Positions 6,949 to 12,558 of a stretch of 12,558 bases of DNA are shown in pieces. The notes below the pieces were generated by a model. The model made no database searches. It was not told the origin of the DNA and saw only the letters and a list, made by a program, of their open reading frames with translations. The position numbers and the translations under genes are program-made. Numbering within the stretch: position 1 is the stretch's first letter; the number at the start of each line of letters is the position of its first letter. Source of the DNA: Armatimonadota bacterium (lineage in GTDB: Bacteria; Armatimonadota; Armatimonadia; Armatimonadales; Armatimonadaceae); assembly GCA_043754515.1 (NCBI GenBank), contig JAYUUO010000127.1, positions 1 to 12,558 on the forward strand, in the 5' to 3' direction.

Positions 6949-9063
6949 TCATCTCCTCACCCGCGCCGCGTTCAGCGTAGCCATGCGCCGGGGCGGCAGG
7001 AGCGACTTGAGTTGTTCCGCCTCGGCCTCCGAAAGGGCGGCGGGTTCCATCCCGTTGAGCCAGCCCTCCAGCATATCCCGCCCCGCCTCCGTCGCGCGCC
7101 GCTTTTCTAGTAGTTGCGCGAGGATGGCTAACCCGATCGCGCGTCCCTCGTGCTCCGGGTATCCGAGTAGCCGCCCCACCGCCGTGAGCACCGCTTCGTC
7201 GGGCCGCCCGAGCAGGATCGCCATCGCGGGGCGTTGCATATCAAGCGGTTGTTTACTCATTAGGACGCCCTCTAGCCGCATCTCCTCCGCCTCGCCGATC
7301 GGGAACCGCTTCAGCGCGTCGGCGGCGCGCTGCCGCACGTTCGCCGCCCCGTCGCCGAGCAGGGTAATCAACAGGTTCGTGGATTCGATGGTTCTCGGGC
7401 GGAGCGCGGCGATCACCCCCACGAGTTGCCAGCGGCCGTTCGCGCTCATAATGGGCAGGAACGGATACAGGCGCGAGACAGGTTGCCCATCCAGCAGGCC
7501 AGGTAGCACGTCGGCGAGGTCGGATTGGGCGGCGGGGCGGCGCGTCCAGCCCCAGATGATCGGCTCTAGTTGCCGCTCTTTAGCGGGGAACCGCGGAAGG
7601 TTACGCGCCACTTGATCGAACCGGCCCAGGGGCGTCACGACCGGGGCGAACACGGGTTCGGGGATGGAGGCAACGGGGTTCAGATCTTTACCGCCCTTCG
7701 GGCCGTTCTCCCGCCTACTGACCTTGGCGACGAAGCCGCGCAACGCCCCCAGTAGTCCGCCTTCGCGCTCCTGCTCTTTGCGCTCCGCTTCCGAGGATGC
7801 CAGCGCGGGGGCGGGTGCCGTCACGCCCGCTTCGTCGGCGGATGCGGCGACGGACATGGCGGAGGTCCAATCGGCGACCCCGAACGCGAACGCGGCGACG
7901 CGGATGTCGGTGTCGCCTAGCGCGGTCAGGAGCGCGGGCTCCGCCTCGGGGAGGCGCGTCTGTGCCAGGAGATACGCCGCCGCGTACCGCCGCTCGGCGT
8001 CTACATCCCGGAGGAGGCGGGCGGCGATCCCGATTGCGGCGCGGACATTCAGGAACGCCGCGCACCACAGTGCGTAGTACACGGTTGTCGGCTCGGTGCC
8101 GTGGAAGATAGTCTTCTCCCGCGCTACGCTGTCCACGAGGAACTGCTCGACCCGCGCCAGGATTACATTACCGTCCGTGACGGCGAAGCCCTCTTCCTCG
8201 ACCCCGAACCAAGAAATCACGGTCAGGACGACGTCCGGGAAGCGGAGAAGGTTCTTCTCGCGGATGACGCCGAGTATCTTCAGGAACGCTTCGGGGTGTG
8301 CCTCGCCCGCGACTTCGAGAATCTGTCGGCGTACGCCCGCGTCCTCCCCCGACTCGGCGAGAAGCCGCGCCATCTCCCGCCAGCCTTCGGGGCGGGATGA
8401 CGACAGGAGCGCACGCACGACGTGCCGCCCCATCGCGCCGATCGGGTGTTCCCCGCGCGCCGACAGGATCAACACCTCCTGAATCGCATTGGATTCCGCC
8501 GGGTCGTTCCGGTCAATCGCGGTCGAAAGCACCGCGCCCAATCGGTCGCCGATCATCGCCCGACTCCCCTCGCTCCCCACGTAGGGCGCGTAGGTGGCGA
8601 ACCAAAGCGGGCCTTGCTCGCAGTACCGTCCGATGCCGAAGTGCGGCGAATCGGAGAGCAAACTCTGCAACTGATGAAGCCGCGCGGCGCGGCTGCCATC
8701 CGCGTTGTTCAGAAGGCGGAACGGCCGGGGGTTCCAGCCGACCTGGTGGAGTGGGGATACGTCCGGCGACCACCATCGCGCCATCGCGCCGCCCAGTCGC
8801 GGGAAGAACGCGCGGAACAACTGCTCGCGCTCCGGCACGCTGATCGAATCGCACAATGCCGCGGCCTCGGTCTGTGCCTCAACCCGGCCTGGTGACGTCC
8901 GATACGACGTGAAGAGGTTTCCCTCTAGGTCACACCCGAGGAGCGAGAAGGCGGCGGCGCGGGGCGCGGGTGGCAGACCACGCGCCCGTTCGACACGCAA
9001 CGAAAGCGGGTTCTCCGAAGCGGCATCGCGCAGGTGTTCCCGCGCTGTCTCTGGATCAAGCAT
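6949..9063 (-). CDS. Alpha-helical HEAT-repeat protein (704 aa) resembling the N-terminal part of large DUF5724/DUF4132-type proteins
   Basis: Long ORF with GGGAG 8 nt upstream. HEAT-like repeats: LLRDVDAERRYAAAYLL, ALGDTDIRVAAFA, LLGDGAANVRQRAADAL. The block GEHPIGAMGRHVVRALL...RPEGW...VRRQILE...EAHPEAF...NLLRF...WFG is recalled from DUF5724/DUF4132-type proteins (unverified). Confidence 0.75.
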   Translation of the reverse strand: MLDPETAREHLRDAASENPLSLRVERARGLPPAPRAAAFSLLGCDLEGNLFTSYRTSPGRVEAQTEAAALCDSISVPEREQLFRAFFPRLGGAMARWWSPDVSPLHQVGWNPRPFRLLNNADGSRAARLHQLQSLLSDSPHFGIGRYCEQGPLWFATYAPYVGSEGSRAMIGDRLGAVLSTAIDRNDPAESNAIQEVLILSARGEHPIGAMGRHVVRALLSSSRPEGWREMARLLAESGEDAGVRRQILEVAGEAHPEAFLKILGVIREKNLLRFPDVVLTVISWFGVEEEGFAVTDGNVILARVEQFLVDSVAREKTIFHGTEPTTVYYALWCAAFLNVRAAIGIAARLLRDVDAERRYAAAYLLAQTRLPEAEPALLTALGDTDIRVAAFAFGVADWTSAMSVAASADEAGVTAPAPALASSEAERKEQEREGGLLGALRGFVAKVSRRENGPKGGKDLNPVASIPEPVFAPVVTPLGRFDQVARNLPRFPAKERQLEPIIWGWTRRPAAQSDLADVLPGLLDGQPVSRLYPFLPIMSANGRWQLVGVIAALRPRTIESTNLLITLLGDGAANVRQRAADALKRFPIGEAEEMRLEGVLMSKQPLDMQRPAMAILLGRPDEAVLTAVGRLLGYPEHEGRAIGLAILAQLLEKRRATEAGRDMLEGWLNGMEPAALSEAEAEQLKSLLPPRRMATLNAARVRR

Positions 9064-9148
9064 GAATGAAACTCCCTGAATGCGGGAACCCCCCCGCCTT
9101 TTCTAAGTGCCCGCCGCACCCACTCGCGCTTCGGTGCTTCGTGTCGTT

Positions 9149-9197
9149 TATACCCACGGCTTCGGGTATATTACCGCTCATATACCCCGGTACCCAC
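9149..9197. promoter_or_regulatory. Array of TATACCC/GGGTATA half-sites in a divergent intergenic region (putative operator)
   Basis: TATACCC 9149-9155, GGGTATAT 9164-9171, ATATACCC 9180-9187, TACCCAC 9191-9197; two overlapping inverted repeats, each with an 8-bp spacer. Confidence 0.45.
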
Positions 9198-9295
9198 ATT
9201 ACTACCGCCTTTCATTGTCGGCAGATCCGCTGACAAAGTTCGCCCACCTCCTTTGGCGGATGCGCACGCGGTACACTGGGGGTGGAAGTGTCCTT

Positions 9296-10807
9296 ATGCC
9301 CGCTAACAACTCATGGAGCATCACGTTCGGCGCGTACGCGTTCGCCGTGGATCGTCGAGACCTGACGTACCGCCTGACCGAAACCGAGACGGGTACCGTC
9401 TGGGCCGACGGCGCGTCGCTCGGCACTATAGAGATTACCAACCGCGAGACCGGCGAGACGATTCCTTATCGGTTCGGCGAGATGAAACTGATCTCGCTGT
9501 CGGAAAAGTCCGGCGCGACCGGCAAGCGCATCCTGTTCGGGCTGGACGCGCCGGGCGGCATCCCGGTGGACGTCTACCTGACCTGCACGGAGCGCGAGAT
9601 ACAGGTCACGGTTGAGGCGAGCCGCGACACCCGAACGCACCGGGTCGGCGGATTCATCTTGTTACCCAGCTTGTGTTCCGTTCCAGACGACGGCACGTCC
9701 CATCTCGTTATCCCGTACCGGGAAGGGGCGATCCTGTTCGCGAAAGACCTTCCGGCGGAACCCGGCCCGTACCCGTTCCCGATCTGGGACGCGGAGAAGG
9801 GACTAACCATGCCGTTCGTGGGCGCGGTGCGCGTGAACGCGGGCGGTGCCACTCCAACCCGAACCGCGCTCGCCCTGCTGACCGATTCGGCGTACGGCGT
9901 CGCCGACCTGTTCCGCTCGCCACCTAGCATCACGCTCGATCTGCGCTACGAGCGCGACCCGGAGCGTCGGCGGCTAGACGTGCGCGTCGTCCCGCTCCCC
10001 GGCGGCGACCACGTCAGCGTCGCCCGCGCCTACCGCGACAAGATCATCGGGGACGGCGCGCACATCAGCCTGCGTAAGAAAATGCGCGACAAGCCGGACC
10101 TTGTCCACTGGCTCGACGGGGATCAAACGGCGCGTGACGCGAAGGTACTCATGCCCTACCTGGCGCAACAGACGAACCGGTGGCAAGCCATTGACGATGC
10201 CATGAAGGTGGCTAAAGACGTCCCCTCGAGCGAGGTAAGCATATCCACGTTGAGCGGCGATTGGGCGACCCCGCTTCTCGACATCTGGTTCTACCTCGTC
10301 TGGCAGCCGCTAGGCATCACCGTCCCCCTCCTGAGCGTCGTTCACCATGACACCGTGCCGATCTGCATCCCGATGGGAGCGGACGAGGAGTACTTTTTAC
10401 GCGCGTTGCTCTACATCGCGCCCCTTTTACCTTCCGACAAGGACGAGCGAATAGTAAGCATCCTGCGTCCTCTCCACAGGTTGTCTCTCGGCGCGTTTTT
10501 GACCGCGCACCGATTCCTGACGCCCGATTTCGCCGTGGAGGAAGCCGTCTATTCGGACGGGGCGCGGATCGTCATCAACCAGAGCATGACCGACGACTAC
10601 GTCGGCAACGATTTGCACCTGCCGCCGTTGGGGTTCTATGTGGCCCATAAAGAGATGGTCGCGCATCACGCGGTTCGCGTCGGCGGCGAGACGTTTGACG
10701 GGTCAGCGTGGCGAGTCAGGCGGGCGCGGGACGGGAAGCCGCTCGCGGATTCGGGGGACGTGCTGGTGGAGGAGTCCCCGGTTGTCGGCCTCGGAGTCGG
10801 AGCATGA
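9296..10807 (+). CDS. GH101/GH129-like glycoside hydrolase homologue with an apparently collapsed catalytic domain (about 503 aa)
   Basis: ATG 9296 is preferred over GTG 9107 because the upstream extension overlaps the regulatory region and a GGTACACT -10-like box lies at 9270-9277. Beta-rich N-terminus; LVIPYREG, LTMPFVG, VARAYR...ISLRKK...P, GDWATP, VPLLSVVHHD and LTAHRFLTPD...YSDG-RIVIN resemble GH129/GH101-like proteins as recalled. Confidence 0.65.
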   Translation: MPANNSWSITFGAYAFAVDRRDLTYRLTETETGTVWADGASLGTIEITNRETGETIPYRFGEMKLISLSEKSGATGKRILFGLDAPGGIPVDVYLTCTEREIQVTVEASRDTRTHRVGGFILLPSLCSVPDDGTSHLVIPYREGAILFAKDLPAEPGPYPFPIWDAEKGLTMPFVGAVRVNAGGATPTRTALALLTDSAYGVADLFRSPPSITLDLRYERDPERRRLDVRVVPLPGGDHVSVARAYRDKIIGDGAHISLRKKMRDKPDLVHWLDGDQTARDAKVLMPYLAQQTNRWQAIDDAMKVAKDVPSSEVSISTLSGDWATPLLDIWFYLVWQPLGITVPLLSVVHHDTVPICIPMGADEEYFLRALLYIAPLLPSDKDERIVSILRPLHRLSLGAFLTAHRFLTPDFAVEEAVYSDGARIVINQSMTDDYVGNDLHLPPLGFYVAHKEMVAHHAVRVGGETFDGSAWRVRRARDGKPLADSGDVLVEESPVVGLGVGA

Positions 10808-10814
10808 ACGGTCT

Positions 10815-10850
10815 GCGGTGAGTGCTCGGTGACCTCTGAGCACTCACCGC
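10815..10850. terminator. 13-bp perfect inverted repeat between convergent genes (bidirectional terminator or REP-like hairpin)
   Basis: GCGGTGAGTGCTC (10815-10827), 10-nt loop, GAGCACTCACCGC (10838-10850). No U-tract on either side. It contains the stop codon of the 10844-11215 gene. Confidence 0.65.
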
Positions 10851-11215
10851 GAACTACCCGGCTTCTTAAACAAGCGCGTGAACCAGTTCCCGCCCTCCGC
10901 GTCGCTCCCCGCACTCCTCTGGGTACTCCCGTCCGCCGATCCGGGCCTGTCGGCGGGGTTGCCACGATCACGCGGGGTGGGGGGCGGTTTCTTCGCCATC
11001 TCCTCGTGTGCCCGCGCCAGTGCCGACGCCTGCATCTCCGCCGTCGGCACCGGCTGATTCAGGGACAACCCGACGACGCGGGCGGTCCGCGCGAGCGAGG
11101 CGATCTCCGTCCGCTCGGCGTCGGTCAGCGCGGACAGCACCTCCGGCGGCGCGGGCTTGCCCTCGTAGAGCGCGTCGAGCGCGACGCGCATCGGTTCAGA
11201 GATCGAGATGCTCAT
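10844..11215 (-). CDS. Small protein, putative soluble anti-sigma factor (123 aa)
   Basis: Directly downstream of, and overlapping by 20 bp, the ECF sigma gene. Helical N-terminal ~75 aa (LDALYEG...EIASLARTAR...PVPTAEM), then a Pro/Gly/Ser-rich linker and C-terminal GGNWFTRLFKK. No transmembrane segment. Confidence 0.65.
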   Translation of the reverse strand: MSISISEPMRVALDALYEGKPAPPEVLSALTDAERTEIASLARTARVVGLSLNQPVPTAEMQASALARAHEEMAKKPPPTPRDRGNPADRPGSADGSTQRSAGSDAEGGNWFTRLFKKPGSSR

Positions 11216-11933
11216 ATCGTTTCTTTATCGCCTGTCCGGCGGGGTTAGTTTGCGTGTTGGTCACGGACGCCGACTGATTCGTGGCTTCGGCCTGGTGTCG
11301 CCACTCTTGCGCGGACGCCGAGTCGAGTGCCCCGGTGACCAGTGCCTTGCGCAGGTTGATCAGGGCGCGGTGTAGGAGCGACTTGATCGCCCCTTCCGTG
11401 CGGTTGAGGGCGATGGCGATTTCCTTGAGCGGTAGATCGCTCCCGAACCGTAGCAAGACGGCCTCCGCCTGATCGCCCGGTAGCGCGCCGACAGCGGCGC
11501 GTACCAGTGCCTGCGTCTCGGCGCGTTCGGCGAGCGCGTGCGGGTCGGGCGAGTCGGTGCCGGGGAGTGCTTCGAGGAGCGAGCGCACCTGATCCGCCGT
11601 GCCGCTATCGAACGACAGGAACGACACCCCCACCGTGCGCCGTGCCTGATCGTGTACAAGGTTCGTGGCGATGCGTGACAGCCACGGGAACAGCGACTCT
11701 CCTTGAAACCGGAACTGCGGCAGGTGCGCGATGGCCTTCACGAACGTTTCGGCGGCGATGTCCTCGGCGTCCTGCGTGTTGCGGCAACGGTACACGGCGA
11801 GACGATAAATACGAGCGTAGTACCGTTTATGAAGGAGCGTGAACGCCTCTCGATCTCCGGCGACCGTCCGCTCTACCAGAGCACGGTCGCTCGGTTCGAT
11901 AGTCTCCAGACGCGCTAGGAAATCGTCGGTCAT
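11196..11933 (-). CDS. ECF (group 4) sigma-70 factor (245 aa)
   Basis: Region 2: GDREAFTLLHKRYYARIY...DAEDIAAETFVKA...WLSRIATN. Region 4: LPGDQAEAVLLRF...LKEIAIALNRTEGAIKSLLHRALINLRK. C-terminal tail of about 45 aa. Confidence 0.95.
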   Translation of the reverse strand: MTDDFLARLETIEPSDRALVERTVAGDREAFTLLHKRYYARIYRLAVYRCRNTQDAEDIAAETFVKAIAHLPQFRFQGESLFPWLSRIATNLVHDQARRTVGVSFLSFDSGTADQVRSLLEALPGTDSPDPHALAERAETQALVRAAVGALPGDQAEAVLLRFGSDLPLKEIAIALNRTEGAIKSLLHRALINLRKALVTGALDSASAQEWRHQAEATNQSASVTNTQTNPAGQAIKKRYEHLDL

Positions 11934-11996
11934 TGTTATGGAAGACAGTTTATGCGTCGCGACGCGATTATCCTGCCCCGGCGCGGGGCGAAGCGG

Positions 11997-12002
11997 TATA
12001 AT
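11997..12002 (+). promoter_or_regulatory. Consensus -10 box (TATAAT) implying a leaderless transcript starting at ATG 12009
   Basis: gcggTATAATagaaacATG: a perfect -10 hexamer 6 nt before the ATG, with no Shine-Dalgarno. Confidence 0.7.
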
Positions 12003-12008
12003 AGAAAC

Positions 12009-12203
12009 ATGGAACCGAAGCCCCTGACCGAGACCAACCCCTACCTGCGCGACCCGGAAACCGTCCGCCGATTAATCCGGGAGGATGCGCGCCAGTCTTC
12101 GGTATTCGAGGGAGCACACGGTTTACCGCGTGCCGAACGTCAACCTGACGTGACCTCGCGCCGTCGTATCGCCTCCACGAAAAAGGCCGTCAACAAGTCA
12201 TAG
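12009..12203 (+). CDS. 64-aa protein with Fic-inhibitory motif SxxxEG; putative Fic antitoxin
   Basis: MEPKPLTETNPYLRDPETVRRLIREDARQSSVFEGAHG...; SSVFEG at 12096-12113 ends a probable helix and matches (S/T)xxxE(G/N). It is adjacent to fic and has its own TATAAT promoter. Start moved from 11952 to 12009. Confidence 0.72.
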   Translation: MEPKPLTETNPYLRDPETVRRLIREDARQSSVFEGAHGLPRAERQPDVTSRRRIASTKKAVNKS

Positions 12204-12558
12204 CGTTGACCGTATCCGCGAATCACGGCGCGTAAGTAATGTTGGCGTTCTAGGTTACTACCACGCCCCTCGAACCGATAAAGCGGTGGCGGGAAACCGG
12301 CCTGTTGCGCCATCAACCCCACGAGCCAGCGCGCGAGTCGCCCGTTCCCTTCGCGGAACGGGTGGATGAACGGCAGTTCGGCGTGAACCTCCGCCATCCG
12401 CTGTGCCACTGCGTCAACCGGCTCGCCAGGACAGGGCGTGCGTGCCCTCAGGAGGGTGGACTCAAACGATGCCATGTTCGCGTCAACGAGATGAGCCGGG
12501 GGCCAGGTGAACTCGCCCTTCGACAGCTCCACCGTGCGCCACTTCCCCGCCCAGCCGT
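12140..12558 (-). CDS. fic: Fic/DOC family protein (AMP-transferase), 5' end beyond the window
   Basis: Canonical catalytic loop HPFREGNGRLAR. The frame stays open to the window edge and reads GWAGKWRTVELSKGEFTW (Fic 'WAG-xR' and flap region), so the GTG at 12532 is internal. Confidence 0.93.
   Translation of the reverse strand, partial: GWAGKWRTVELSKGEFTWPPAHLVDANMASFESTLLRARTPCPGEPVDAVAQRMAEVHAELPFIHPFREGNGRLARWLVGLMAQQAGFPPPLYRFEGRGSNLERQHYLRAVIRGYGQRYDLLTAFFVEAIRRREVTSG

Noticed and set aside
9107..9295. N-terminal extension of the GH-like ORF from GTG 9107
   Set aside because: It covers the repeat array and a -10-like box and has no RBS; ATG 9296 fits better.
11934..11975. Autoregulatory ECF promoter upstream of the sigma gene
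   Set aside because: A GTCT -10-like element is present, but no AAC-containing -35 lies at suitable spacing.

Overview
Bacterial genomic window in two parts. The left part (1-~6280) looks lower in GC by eye and appears accessory and decaying. It holds a frameshifted 3' remnant of a type I restriction subunit hsdR, a minus-strand operon of a P2A-type (Ca2+-like) P-type ATPase followed by two tandem-domain universal stress proteins, and a degenerate IS982-like element with 17-bp terminal inverted repeats. That element is interrupted by two related hairpin-forming insertions of about 141 and 28 bp. The right part (~6450-12558) is more GC-rich. It holds a NADAR/YbiA gene, a 704-aa helical-repeat protein, a divergently transcribed GH101/GH129-like protein that appears to have lost its catalytic barrel, a 13-bp hairpin, an ECF sigma factor with a small transmembrane-less putative anti-sigma, and the 3' part of a Fic gene. 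The strongest candidate for an unusual system is a leaderless 64-aa gene (12009-12203, +) carrying the Fic-inhibitory motif SxxxEG. It lies convergently to the fic gene and overlaps it by 64 bp, rather than sitting upstream in an operon. All family assignments come from motif recognition by eye; no searches were run.
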